Source of the DNA: Octopus vulgaris
Taxonomy: Eukaryota
Length of the DNA: 64,000 bases
Direction: 5' to 3'
NCBI GenBank assembly: GCA_951406725.2
Contig: OX597817.1
Location: 114,204,001-114,268,000, forward strand
Part shown: one piece after another, positions 25,363 through 39,891 of the stretch
Layout of the letters: each line of letters starts with the position of its first letter
Position numbering within the stretch: the stretch's first letter is position 1
The notes under the pieces: model-generated
Databases searched by the model: none
What the model was told of the DNA's origin: nothing
Seen by the model: the letters and a program-made list of their open reading frames with translations, nothing else
Program-made: the position numbers and the translations under genes

Positions 25363-27740
25363 TATATCATCATATTTATATATTGCAACTCTGTCATTTT
25401 CCATGTCTCTCTCCATGTGTATGTCTGTATATGTGTGTGTGTGTATATGTCTATGTACACACACAGATATACACACAGATATATATATATATACGTGTGT
25501 GTGTGTGTATATACACACACACACACGTCTATATATTGTCACAGAGAAGACAGAACTCTTCAAATGTACACATATATTCATCTAGAAAATTTGATGGGTT
25601 CTCTGCATCTTAATTTTTATTTTATTTTGTTTTAGTTTAGACTTCCAAATTGACAAAAGATGTTTTAATAAACTGTAATGGAAGTTGTGCGTATTGAATA
25701 GAAAGAAATAATATAAACCAAAATTGAAATTCAAAGTTGAAATAAAACTGAAAAAACAAACACTTTCACCAAAAAAAAAAAAGAACAATTTCAATTGATA
25801 CTTTATAATAATTTTGTAGTAATGATTTCTAGTATTGCCATTAGGCCTAACATTTTGGTTGAGAGAATGATGAATTAGATCAACCTCAGTACATTACTGG
25901 TATTTATTTTATTGCTTCCACAATGGGGAGGAATATAAAGGAATATAGGTAAATATTGCAAGGAATTATATAGTACTTCTGTTGACATTTATTACATTGC
26001 AAGCCAAAGGGTTCTCTGAAATAAATTTTGGTATTGTTTGATATTGTTCTTTGACTTCTAAGTCAGAATTCATGAAGTAGAGCTATGCTTGAAGTATCTT
26101 CCAGCAGTGACCAGCCAGCGTTTTTGTTGTGTTCCTTCTTTTTTTGTTTTGGTTCCTGGGTGTTTGTGTTGTAAAGAAGATTGTTTCCCAACCACATGGT
26201 TCTGGGTTCAGTCCCATTGTTTGGCACCTGAGCAAGTGTCTTCTACTATAGTACCAGGCCAACCAATGCCTTGTGAGTAAATTTGGTAGATGGAAACTAT
26301 AAGAAGCCCATCGTGTGTGTGTATGTGTATGTGTGCGTTTGTGTTGTGTTTGTCCCCCCATTACCATTTGACAGCTAGTATTGGTTTGTTTACATCCCCA
26401 TAACATAGTGCTTTGGCAATAGAGACTGATAAAATAATTACCATACTTAAAAAATAAGTACTGGGGTCAATTTATTCAACTAATGCCTTCAAAGTGGTAC
26501 CTAAGAATAGCCGCAGAACAATGACTGAAAAATTAGCAAACAATAAAAGTGACAGACATACCACAGATCTTTCTAAATGCACAAAAAAATGTAAATAAAG
26601 TAGATAGATTTTCCTGTGTTGGTCTCAGCAACAATGAGCATTCCAGCTGTTGGATCAATGGGGCTGTTCCTCATTGAAAAATATTGTAAGTGGCTGAGCA
26701 TTAATGTAGTTTTCAGTGAGATTGGTAGCACTGGGCAGTACATTGTGTTTTTGAGCAAAACACTTCATTTCATATTTCCTCAGTCACCTTTTTGATTAGG
26801 TGGGGATGTTGCCTAGCCAGTGGGGTGGTGTCATTTGAAGGCTGGCTCTTTGAATTGCAAGTACACTTTGATAGGCTTTCAATCAGTTTCTGTCTATCTT
26901 AGTTTCTCTCACAAGCTTTGGCTTGATCTGAAGCTATAACAGAAGACTCTTGCTCAAAGAGCTGAGGAGCAAAATCAAAGCTCTTACTTCATGATTGGAA
27001 ATTGAACTTCTTAAGACCACTTGTCCATGATTGTATCCTTGAAAATAGATGTTCATATTTTGCAGAAACAAATCTCAATTATGTAGGTCAAGTATGGACT
27101 ACCTTTTTCAATAAGTGGGCCACAAGACTTGGTCAGCATCAGATGGGTTGCATTACTAGGTGTTCCATTCAGAAAGTCCTGTGGACCATACTTTGCTCAT
27201 GACTGACCTGGGTGAAAACCAGAAATCTTAACTACTAATCCTCTGCATATCTAATTGCATACAAACACACATACACACATACGCATAACACTATGCACAC
27301 AAAAACAATATCAACAAGATTCCACAAACAAGTACAAGATCTTTGGGTAACATTGAAAACAATGGGCAATGAGGGGTTGATAAAGAATCTAGGACTCCTG
27401 CAGCTGCTAAATCTGTAGATTTTGGGATATCCAAAGAACTAGATGATGATGAAGAAAGAGGAGGAGGAGGAGAAAAAGAAACATGATACTGATAGTACAA
27501 ACTAGTTTCCAATGTTTGCATAATATATTGATTTTATAATTCACATGACCTTTAATTCCCTGGTGGCCTCTCTCTCTCTAGTTATTAGTCTTGTTAAAAA
27601 TAATACAAAGATATCACAAAAATAGATTTTCTTTCCATCTTTCTGCCTTCTCTTTTATCATCGTAACATTCTATTTGCATTCTGGAGACTTGTTTTTGGG
27701 TAATAAGATTTTCTTCAGCAGCTTGTATTGAATAATTCAA

Positions 27741-27827
<87 letters not shown>

Positions 27828-27829
27828 GT

Positions 27830-28040
27830 GGTGAGCTGGCAGAATTATTAACATGCCGGGTGAAATGCTAAGCATTATTTTGTCTGCTGCTACGTACTGA
27901 GTTCAAATTCTGCTGAGGTTGACTTTGCCTTTCATCCTTTCGGGGTTGATAAAATAAGTACCAGTTGAACACTAGGGTCGATGTAATAGAATGTAATAGA
28001 ATCATCCCCTTGCTGCCCTTATGGAAAAATTTGAAACCAT
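27830..28040 (+). mobile_element. SINE family B between (TAT)n and (CTG/CTA)n tracts
   Basis: GGTGAGCTGGCAGAA head and GACTTTGCCTTTCATCCTTTCGGGG domain. Confidence 0.75.
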
Positions 28041-28069
28041 TATCATTATTGTTGCTGCTGCTGCTGCTG

Positions 28070-28120
<51 letters not shown>

Positions 28121-31100
28121 TTGTCATTGTTATTCCTCCTCTTCCTTACCATCACCATCATCTCATCCTGACCATCACCACCAACAATGATATAACAGTT
28201 TAAAAAAGAATGCAAAATGAAATGAAAAGTAATGGAAAAAATAAACAAGAAAAACGCAAGAGAAAATGAAAGCGAAATTTAAGCAAACAACACAAATAAT
28301 CATATAAATAACAAAAAAAAGACAAAAAATTTCCTTCTGTAAATTTAAACTTGATTATTTTGTTAACTCATTAGAAAAGAAAAATATTATCATTATTATT
28401 ATTGTTGTCTCTCACTATTTGTGTGTGTGTGTATATTGTATTTATATATGTATGCGTATGTGTTATGTGTATATAGATGAGTATGTGTGTATATGTGTAT
28501 CAGATAGAATATTTTGTGTTTAGCTATGGGCAATAATATTTTTATATTTTAATTACATTTTTTGATGTTTTTATTTTTGTCATAATTTAACTTTTGTTGC
28601 TTTATTATTTATGCAAAAACAAAGAAATAAAAGTTAAAAAAATATTGGAATGAAGAACCCTTTGGCATTATCTTGCTGAGCAGAGCTGTTGCATCATTTG
28701 GTTCTTTTGACTACACACATGGTCAATCATTGTGCTGTGGAAGGAATATACATTGTTTTACCATTTTACTGTGTTACTTGATTTAGTCATTGGACTGCAG
28801 CCATCTTGAGGCACTACCTTGAAACGTTTGTGTTTTGGTTAATTATATTAACCTCAGTATTTATTCATTCTAGTGTTTTGGTTTGGTACCAATCTATCTT
28901 AGCAATTTCTGTTTCTTGCAAATGTAGAGACACCGAGATAGACATGTACAAACATTACTGCCTACTTACTCACTCACCTAGCTGCCTACATGCATACATG
29001 CTTATGCACATATACATACATGCATGTTTGCACACATGCACAATAGATTTCCATAGAGCTTTTGTGTACCAATCTCCCTCACAGGTCAACCACCAGGGCA
29101 TTGGTCAACCTACAGCTATAATAGAGGATACTTAACCAATATGTCATGTGGGGAGCTGAACCTGAGACCACTTAGTTAGGAAATGAACCTCTTAACCACA
29201 CAGCATGGCTGTGTGGTTAAGAAGTGGGTGTGTGTATGCATGTGTGTGTGTGTGCATGTGTGTGTGTGTGTGTGTGTGTGCATGTGTGTGTGTTGTATGT
29301 ATGTGGTGTGTGTGGGAGGTATATGTGCATTCATGTGTGTGCACTAGTGCATATGTATTTTTCATGTGTGTGGATATGTATGTATGTGTGCGTTTGTCCT
29401 TCCACCATCGCTTGACAACTGATCTTGGTGTGTTTATGACCCTGTAATGTAGCAGTTCGGCAAAAGAGACTAATAGAATAAGTACTAGGCTTACAAATAA
29501 TAAGTCCAGGGGTCTGTTTCTTTGATTAAAAGGTGGTGCTCCAGCATGGCCACAGTCAAAATGACTGAGACCTGTAAAAGTGTAAAATGAAATGCTTATT
29601 TATTCTTGTTCTTATGAATTAATCCTGCATTATCTGATAACTTCAAGATTTCACTGGCTAGGTAACCAAGTATCCTTTTGCAGCAGCACACCTGTTTCTG
29701 TCCCCTTTCTTGTTAACTCTCTCCCTCCCCTCTCTCTTCCCCCTCTCTCTTTCCCTCTCTTTTTTTCTCTAAAAAGCACTCAGTCCACTCTGCAGGGTGG
29801 TTGGTGTTAGGAAGGGCATCCAGCCATAAAAACCATGCCAAAACAGATACAGAAGGATGGTGCAGTCTTCTGAAGCCTGGCCAGCTCCTGTCACACCATC
29901 TCACTCATGCCTGCTTGAAAGATGCACGTTGATCAATGATGATGATGGTGATGATGATGATGAATGATGTAGGATTAGATGTGAGAGGCTGAATTTAGCC
30001 AGTTTGAACATTAAACAGAATATTTAGGCCTGATACAGCCAGTTTAAATGCTAAAGAGCTATACAACATTAGCTGGTTATATTCCCTTTTTTGGATGGAC
30101 TTAGTGATTAACACTTCAAACACCAACCTGCCTCAAACAACACACATTCAAATGTTCAAATTTAAATTCAGATTTTGGTTCAAAATCTCATTATGTTATT
30201 CATCATTTCTCTATGTATACATTTGTCTTTTAGTAACCCTCTAGCACCGAAACTAGCCATATTGGGTCCCAAATATTCTGTCTGTTTTAGATTTGAACTG
30301 GCCAGATCTAGTCTCTTGCACTTACCCTACAGTGTCATTCTAATTATAAACCAGTCAGGTAATTGAAATCTTGAAGCTATAAAATAATGCATAGTGTGAA
30401 TAAATAAGCTTTGCATTTGACAGAGTAATCTGAATGTTAAAGGGCTAAGTTGAAAATGAGATATTTCCCTAAACCTGTTATGATACTTGATTATTAAATT
30501 ATTAAAACACAAAGCTAGTATATTCTTCTTTGAAATACATTCACAGAAGAGTTAAGCTGGTGTTTGAAACATATCTAAACAAAAGATTCTGACATAAAAT
30601 TACGACAAAAAGATGTAATTTAAATATAAACACTTTAAAACAGACAGTTTTGCATTATAGTACCAGGGTTGGACTGAAGTGGGTTGGTATCGAAAGTATT
30701 AGAGGTTGATATTGTTGAGAGTTAAGTGTCTTCACCATGGACCTAATGCATCATTGGTGGACAATGCATGAACTTTTGACCCTTCTGCTGCTAGTCTGAC
30801 ACTGTATCGATCTGGCAAAATGTGACTCGCCATGAAATATTACTTTCACCAAAATATTCAATTTTCATTTACTACTTCAACTCCTGACACTGCTCTGCAA
30901 CTAGTCTTGCTGTAAATTCTTTTGATAGTCAGTCATTTGACTGTTTCAAGTGAATAACATCTGGCAACATTCATAATAGCTATTATGACTATTATATATA
31001 ATAACTATGTTGCTTTAAATTATATTGTCTGGAAGGTAACTCCTTTCAAAAATGTACAGCTAATACATTTAACTATTCAAAAGCTAAATTATACTGTTGT

Positions 31101-31177
31101 TGAGCTAAACATTTCAACAACACCCCACACTTCACAGCAGCTGCCAGTGTTCATTCATAATATCTGTTTTTAATGAA

Positions 31178-31213
<36 letters not shown>

Positions 31214-31753
31214 CAGCAGCATTAGTTGTGGTTATAGTTGTTGTTATGCCACATGTTGTCCCTGACTAAGTGGATTTATGAGCTTAAAGATATTCCAACC
31301 GTTACAATCATCATCGTCATCAACACCACCACTACCACTGTCATCATCATCATCACCACTACCACTGTCATCATCATCATCACCACTATCACTGCCACCA
31401 CCACCACTGTTGTCATTGTAATTTTGTATCTGCTTTCTGTTGTGGCGTTGGTTGAGCAGGTTGTTGGTGTACTCACAGATGGGTAGGAAGACCACATCTC
31501 ATTTCTGAGTTTCATTTTTGATTTGCCCTTCTACAGTTAGATGCACTTCATAAGGCGCTTGGACAATTCATCCTTGGCTATTTTGTCATTGGTTAATTTG
31601 TCCCCATTCAATTCATTGATCAATTCATCCCTAGGTCAATTCGTCCCAAAATACTCTTAAATGTGATTTTCAAGTGAAAGTTTAGAATAATCACATTAGA
31701 ATTAAAATTATTGTTGGACAGTTTTAGATATTTTTTTCCCTTTCCTTAACCTC

Positions 31754-31874
<121 letters not shown>

Positions 31875-32122
31875 TCTTTTATTTGTTGCAGTCATTTGAC
31901 TATGGTCATGCTGGAGCACTGCCTTTAGTCAAACAAATCAACCCCAAGGCTTATTTTTGTAAGCCTAGTACTTATTCTATCAGTCACTTTTGCCAAACTG
32001 CTAAATTATGGGGACATAAACACACCAACATCAGTTGTCAAGCGATGGTGGGGGGACAAACACAGACACACAAACATATGCATGCATACATGCATACATA
32101 CATACATACATACATGCATACA

Positions 32123-32179
<57 letters not shown>

Positions 32180-32273
32180 GACAGGCTTCTTTCCGTTTCC
32201 ATCTACCAAATCCACTCAAAAGGCTTTGGTAAGCCTGAGGATATAGTAGAAGACACTTGCTCAAGGTGCCATA

Positions 32274-32349
<76 letters not shown>

Positions 32350-32392
32350 CATCCATCCATCCATCCATCCATTTATCTAGCTATCTAGTATG

Positions 32393-32447
<55 letters not shown>

Positions 32448-32477
32448 GTGTGTATATGTATGTATGTATATATATGT

Positions 32478-32530
<53 letters not shown>

Positions 32531-32577
32531 CCGTCAACTTCTGTTCCAAGCATGATAAGATATCTAGCTCTCTATAC

Positions 32578-32620
<43 letters not shown>

Positions 32621-32811
32621 AGAGAAAACAGAAAAGATAAGAGAAGTGATGTAAGAGACTAGATGTTTATTGCATATGTTTACTGTTGTTTCATAATCTT
32701 GTTATATAATAAATGCTATATGACTATTGTCACACATTTAAAATATACACATGCAAACATATATAAATAGATATATATGCATGTGTTTACCTATAGATAT
32801 ATATATATATA

Positions 32812-35000
32812 TCAAATCAAATCAAAACAAATCAAAATAGATGAACATCAATGGAATTTGTATCTTTGTGGTACCAGTGCCGGTGGCACACAAGAAAACC
32901 ATCCGAACGTGGCGGTAGCCAGTACCGCATCGACTGGCCTCCGTGCTGTGGGCACGTAACAAACACCATCCGATCGTGGCCGTTCGCCAGCCTCATCTGG
33001 CACCTGTGTCGTTGGCACATAAAAACACCATCCGAAGACCCGGCAAGACTAGTCAGGCCATAACCCGTGGCCCCTACCTGGGACGTAGTCAGTCCACCTG
33101 TGCATACCTTCCTTCTTGTGACACTTGTGAAGACCTGTTGAGGCAAGTGAAAATCAAAACAAATCAAAATAGATGAACATCAATGGAATTTGTATCTTTG
33201 TGATACCAGTGCTGGTGGCACACAAGAAAACCATCCGAACGTGGCTGTAGCCAGTACCGCATCGACTGGCCTCCGTGCTGTGGGCACATAACAAACACCA
33301 TCCGATCGTGGCCGTTCGCCAGCCTCATCTGGCACCTGTGTCGGTGGCACAGAACACCATCCGAAGACCCGGCAAGACTAGCCTCATCTGGCACCTGTGT
33401 CGGTGGCACATAAAAACCCCATCCGAAGACCCGGCAAGACTAGTCAGGCCATAACCCGTGGCCCCTACCTGGGACGTAGTCAGTCCACCTGTGCATACCT
33501 TCCTTCCTTCTTGTGACACTTGTGAAGACCTGTTGAGGCAAGTGAAAATCAAAAAACAAATCAAAATAGATGAACATCAATGGAATTTGTATCTTTGTGG
33601 TACCAGTGCCGGTGGCACACAAGAAAACCATCCAAACGTGGCGGTAGCCAGTACCGCATTGACTGGCCTCCGTGCTGTGGGCACATAACAAACACCATCC
33701 GATCGTGGCCATTTGCCAGCCTCATCTGGCACCTGTGTCGGTGGCACATAAAAACACCATCCGAAGACCCAGCAAGACTAGTCAGGCCATAACCCGTGGT
33801 CCCTACCTGGGATGTAGTCAGTCCACCTGTGCATACCTTCCTTCTTGTGACACTTGTGAAGACCTTTTGAGGCAAGTGAAAATCAAAACAAATCAAAATA
33901 GATGAACATCAATGGAATTTGTATCTTTGTGATACCAGTACGGCGGCACACAAGAAAACCATCCGAACGTGGCCGTAGCCAGTACCGCATCGACTGGCCT
34001 CCGTGCTGTGGGCACATAACAAACACCATCCGATCGTGGCCGTTCGCCAGCCTCATCTGGCACCTGTGTCGGTTGCACATAAAAACACCATCCGAAGACC
34101 CAGCAAGACTAGTCAGGCCATAACCCGTGGCCCCTACCTGGGACGTAGTCAGTCCACCTGTGCATACCTTCCTTCCTTCTTGTGACACTTGTGAATACCT
34201 GTTGAGGCAAGTGAAAATCAAATCAAATCAAATCAAAACAAATCAAAATAGATGAACATCAATGGAATTTGTATCTGTGTGGTACCAGTGCCAGTGGCAC
34301 ACAAGAAAACTATCCAAACGTGGCGGTAGCCAGTACCGCATCGACTGGCCTCCGTGCTGTGGGCAAGTAACAAACACCATCCGATCATGGCCGTTTCGCC
34401 AGCCTCATCTGGCACCTGTGTCGGTGGCACATAAAAACACCATCCAAAGACCCGGCAAGACTAGTCAGGCCATAACCCGTGGCCCCTACCTGGGACGTAG
34501 TCAGTCCACCTGTGCATACCTTCCTTCTTGTGACACTTGTGAAGACCTGTTGAGGCAAGTGAAAATCAAATCAAATCAAATCAAATCAAAATAGATGAAC
34601 ATCAATGGAATTTGTATCTTGTGGTACCAGTGCCGGTGGCACACAAGAAAACCATCCGAACGTGGCCGTAGCCAGTACCGCATCGACTGGCCTCCGTGCT
34701 GTGGGCACGTAACAAACACCATCCGATCGTGGCCGTTCGCCAGCCTCATCTGGCACCTGTGTCGGTGGCACAAAAAAACACCATCCGAGCGTGGCCGTTC
34801 GCCAGCCTCGTCTGGCACCTGTGTCGGTGGCACATAAAATCACCCACTACACTCTCGGAGTGGTTGGCGTTAGGAAGGGCATCCAGCTGTAGAAACACTG
34901 CCAGATCTGACTGGCCTGGTGCAGCCTTCGGGCTCCCCAGACCCCAGTTGAACCGTCCAACCCATGCTAGCATGGAAAACGGACGCTAAATGAATGATGA
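32812..35000 (+). repeat. Tandem array 2: six ~335-bp units ending in the same SINE tail
   Basis: ATAGATGAACATCA at ~32837, 33169, 33566, 33898, 34248 and 34591; the terminal ~200 bp are nearly identical to 4920-5100. Confidence 0.9.
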
Positions 35001-35152
35001 TATAAGCATGCTGATACGGGAACTAACAGACTAATCTTCAGAATGATACATGGTGGATGAAAATACTAACTCTCCTACGGAGTATAAGCTGACTCTGTAT
35101 ATATATCCACAGGCAATAGATGTACTCAGAATGTTGCCATTTATGATTTACT

Positions 35153-35382
35153 TTAACCCTTTTGTTACCGTATTACTGTTGAGAAGCTCTGTATTTCTTT
35201 CAATTAATTATAGATATAACAAAGAATTAAGTAAAATAACTTAGTTATTACTAAGCTAGTGTTAGGAACATAAATTGTGACTAAAGTTTGGTGGAAGATT
35301 TTAACTCAGAAATTTTGAAAACAAGACATTTGTATTACAGAGCTAAAGGCAGTTTCAGGCAGGTTGGTATCAAAAGGATTAA
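35153..35382. mobile_element. TTAA-flanked (piggyBac-type) MITE
   Basis: TTAA-CCCTTTTGTTACC ... GGTATCAAAAGGA-TTAA; related degenerate copies near 10540, 30110-30700 and 54740-55006. Confidence 0.6.
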
Positions 35383-35879
35383 GGGAGCACTGGCCATAGA
35401 ATAGTACAAATTTAGAAGCAAAAATAATAAATAAATGCAGTAGAATAAAAAGACAATGGAAAAAAATTGAAAAAGAAAAACATAAGATACCAAATAATCA
35501 GAAAGATTTATATTAAATAATAAAGAAATGAATGATAAAATATGTTTGTCAAAGAAGTTAGCATTGAAGTAAAATATGGCTTCTAAGATAGAATTAATTT
35601 GCAAAGAGAGACAGTTTGACCAGTCTAGTATTAATTTAGTATTAATTTAGTGTTAATTTATTAATTTACTAGATTACATAAATAATCTTCATCATCATAA
35701 TCATCATTTAACGTCCATTGTCCATACTGGCATGGGTTCGATGGTTTTGCCATGGCTGGCAGGCTGAGGGGCTGCACAGTTCCCTGCACAGTTAGAGATC
35801 AGCACTTCTTTACACAGCTGTTTCCCACAACCATGGTGCTGAGTGGATTAATTCTGTGTGATCTGAGCTCCATCACCCA

Positions 35880-36500
35880 AAGGTTCCATGATAGGGTCAT
35901 GTGCATATAATAACAGCAGATGTAATTGCACAGGTATCAAGACTGCCAAACTGGAAAGTGGCAGGACCAGACAGAATTCAAGGCTACTGGCTCAAGTGGT
36001 TCAGGTCAACACACAAGTGAATTGCGTTGCAATTAAACAATTGGCTACAGAGCGGTACAGTTCCAGAGTGGATTGTAGAGGGAAAGACAACATTGTTGAT
36101 GAAAGATCAGTCAAAGAGCAAAGAGCCTTGACATAATTGTGAAGGATAAAAAAAAAGTAAAAATAAACTAATGTTAGCTCATAAACTTTGCAATACCAAA
36201 TGATAATAGACAGGATGTCAAAGAAATCAAGGAATGTCAGAACCTAGCCAGAGATGTAGAGATTGTGGAAGACAAAGGTAACAATTGCCCCTGAGGTAAC
36301 TGCTGCTTAAAAGGCTGAAGGATATTGGGATTGAGACATGCATTGTTGACTTGGAGCAAAGTTCCTCTTTGTATTCTGGAAGAACCCTAAGAAGAACTTT
36401 TGAAATTTGAAGAGACTTGTCACCAAACCTCAAGACAACATCCTTGTTAACTAAAGTTGCTTGTAATAGCTTTATAAAAATAAAAATACTACTGCTACTA
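35880..36500 (+). pseudogene. Heavily deleted R4/Dong-like non-LTR retrotransposon
   Basis: LPNWKVAGPDRIQGYWLK at 35943 (cf. NWKAPGPDGI.GYW.K), and a C-terminal RLWKTKVTIAP...LKDIGIETCIVDLEQSSSLYSGRTLRRTFEI* resembling RLE-clade ORF ends. Confidence 0.6.
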
Positions 36501-37302
36501 TTATTAATAATGATAATTCTTTGTACAATAGGTACAAAGACTGAAATTTTGTAGGGGAAGGGCTAATTGATTACATCAGCTTCAGAACTTGATCCTGAGA
36601 GGATGCAAGGCAAAGTCAACCTTGGTAGAATTTGAACTTAGAACAGGAAGCTGGAAGAAATACTGCTATGCATTTCGTCTGGCATGCTAATGGTTCTGCC
36701 AGCTCACCACCTTACTGCTGTTGCTGCTGCTGCTGCTGCTGCTACTACTACTACTACCAATAATAATATGATGATGATGACAATACCAACAACCACAGCA
36801 AGAATAAACATAGAATAGGAAAATATATTCCCATATAAGAGAAGGATATGAAGATGTATTCTTATATAGAAGAATATGAAAATGTATTCTTGTATAGAAG
36901 TGGAATACAGATATATATTTTCTTTGTTCTTCTCTCTCTTGTCAATGGGGAATTCAATGATTTTTTTTCACATTTGAAGAAATGTATATTTGCGAGAGAA
37001 TAATGGTAATTTTTTTCTTGCTTCTTTTTTTTTACATGTACCTGTTGTTTATATTGTTTGTATGTCGTTGTTTATATTTGTGAGTATGAAGTGTAATTGT
37101 GTGTGTATACAAATGTGTATTTTTTGCCACAAGCATATAAAGTGTATGTGTATAGATTATATATGTCTTCTTGCATATAATCACACATGCATATATACAT
37201 GCATATACCCTTAGATATCTGTCTGTCTATCTACACATCTACCAATCTATAAATTTGTCTATCTGTCTTTCTGTCTGTCTATGTGTGTGCATATATATAT
37301 AT

Positions 37303-37335
<33 letters not shown>

Positions 37336-37343
37336 TATCTATA

Positions 37344-37423
<80 letters not shown>

Positions 37424-37487
37424 AATCTATCCATCTATCTATCTATCTATCTATCTATATCTCTCTATCTATCTATCTCTCTATCTA

Positions 37488-37518
<31 letters not shown>

Positions 37519-37526
37519 CTATCTAC

Positions 37527-37588
<62 letters not shown>

Positions 37589-37812
37589 ATATATATCTGA
37601 CTTTAAACTGCATCTGGTTGTGGGGCCCTGGTATGGAAGTTCCAGGGTTTTGAGGTGTGTGAAACCACCTCTTAGTCATAATTTGTTCCCGGATCTACCC
37701 AGACAGCTAATACCTGTTTAAGTCTCAGCTATGTATTAAGTAACACGTGAGTCACTGGGAATGAAGGACCCATTGTTCTTGTTAGAACCTCCTTCTAGGA
37801 GATGGTAAACAC

Positions 37813-38290
37813 ATCATCATCATCATCATCACTTAGCATCCGTTGCCCATGTCTCCACGAAGCCCAACACTTGAAAGGAATTCAGCTATGTTACCTACTT
37901 GAGGCCCAGTGCTCAAAAGGAACTCAGCCAATTTGCCTCCGTAAGTCCTAACATTTGAAAGGTATTCTTCACATGCTACCAGTACTGGTGCACTTGGCTT
38001 GACAGATTTCCTCAAGCACAGCACATCACCAAAGGCTTCGGTCACTATTCATTGCCTCTGTGAGGTTCAAAGTCCGAAGATTATACTTCATCATCTTGTT
38101 AGAGATTGGCACTTCTTTACACAGCTATCCTTGTCCATCTGCATCACATGACCATACCAGTGCAGTCATCCCCTCTTGCACACCACATCAGATACCTCTT
38201 ATGCCTAACTTTTCTCTCAAGCTGCTTAACCTGAAGTGCTGTTGGTTTCTGGTCATCTCATTCTCTGTTGTGCCACTGTTTTTGTAGCTG
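37813..38290 (-). mobile_element. RTE-clade LINE 3' fragment with (GAT)n tail
   Basis: Minus strand gives LREKLGIRGI*..LHWYGHVMQMDKDSCVKKC and NLRTLNLTEAMNSDRSLW (RTE 'RLRW.GHV.RM' and 'DR..W' motifs). Confidence 0.75.
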
Positions 38291-38400
38291 ATTGCTAGCA
38301 ACACTTTAACCACTCAAAACAAATTCATGCACAAGAACTCTTGGGATGTTTGCATGGACTTACTGACATTAGGAAGTGCTCTTACTCAGCCACAAGTTGA

Positions 38401-38432
<32 letters not shown>

Positions 38433-38436
<4 letters not shown>

Positions 38437-39318
38437 AGGCGCAGTGAATAAATTGTCATCTAAATTACGCAAAAATGAAAATAACACTAACATCTCATTT
38501 TAACAGATATATTTAGCAAAATTACATAAAACTATTTTGAATTACTAAAATGTAAATTTATATTCAATAGAATCACCATTGGCTTCTACCACAGCCTCCA
38601 GACAACTTTAGAACCTCTTGCAACTCTACTGGACAGACTTCTTGTTTAAGTTGGCGAATGCTGCCATAATGCTTGCCTTCAGTTCATCTTTGGTATTACA
38701 AGGAGTTTTGTTGGCCTCTCGCTCAACTGCACCCCACACATAATAATAATCGGGGAGGAGGGGGTTGCAGTCTGGGGAGTTAGGTGCCCAAATGTTAGGG
38801 GTGATGTGATTGCAGAAATTGTCTGACTGCCATTACTAGGTTCTCCTACTTGTGTGGCATGGTGCAGAGCCCTGTTTCCAGACATAGGTTCTTCCAGCAG
38901 CCAAACTCTTGACCCAGAGCAGCACTACCTCTCCAGGCACTTGATGTAGGCTTCCTGTGTGGGAAGATGAATGGAGGCATAATGTCGCCATCACTAGTGA
39001 TCATTCCAAACACCATGGTGTTGACTGGATATTTGATTTTTATCACTCTCAGTACTTGTCCGCAGATTGCTCTGTCTTCAGATTGACACCCAAATATTCT
39101 GAAATGTTTGTGTTGGAGCTTCTGGCATAAATGCCAAGCAGTACAGTATGTCATTCCCAAATTTCTGACAGGGTGAATTGTGTCATGGTGTTGTATTTCT
39201 CACAGACAGTGCCCAAATGACCCTACTATATTGTGTAGTTGACAAAATCAAAAACAAACGATGTGCATGCATGAAATTAAAAATATAAATGGCGATAATT
39301 TACCCATTCTACCCCATA
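38433..39318 (-). mobile_element. Degenerate Tc1/mariner-superfamily element (maT/DD37D-like)
   Basis: TA-flanked degenerate TIRs; translated pieces KYPVNTMVFGMITSDGDIMPPFIFP; homologous to 55896-56749. Confidence 0.75.
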
Positions 39319-39380
39319 TTTGTAGGTCTGTGTAAAACTTAATATATAAGCAGAATTAAAGGTAATGCTATGCCACTTCA

Positions 39381-39411
<31 letters not shown>

Positions 39412-39594
39412 GATATTATATACTCCAGGAAACCTATATGGTTAACATAATATATTCAGAATTATGCAATAGAATATATCTCTAAATTCTTATCCTATGA
39501 GAATATTATTAGATTTATGTATTAACTGTTGAATAACCTATCTTGAGTACCTAACTGAGAACAAACTGGTAATTTTTTGGAGTAATCCCTTACT

Positions 39595-39669
<75 letters not shown>

Positions 39670-39671
39670 TA

Positions 39672-39891
39672 TAGGAGGGCATGTTGAAAAGTCCCTAGCT
39701 GTGGGTAAACGAAAATACAGGAGAATCATTTAATTATGATTTATTTCATCATATTCCCCTCACAGATTTACACACTTATTGCAGCAGTCCTTCAGGTTTT
39801 CTAAGCCCTGTAAAAGAACTTGGAAGATTGGGCCTCCAATCAGGTATTTCATGATACTCTTAAAGCCAGGAACTTTTTATCACCCCTCGTA
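39672..39891. mobile_element. Mariner-type MITE
   Basis: TA termini; TIR-like GAGGGCATGTTGAAAAGTCCCTAGCT / AGCCAGGAACTTTTTATCACCCCTCG; same family inverted at 58165-58378. Confidence 0.7.
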
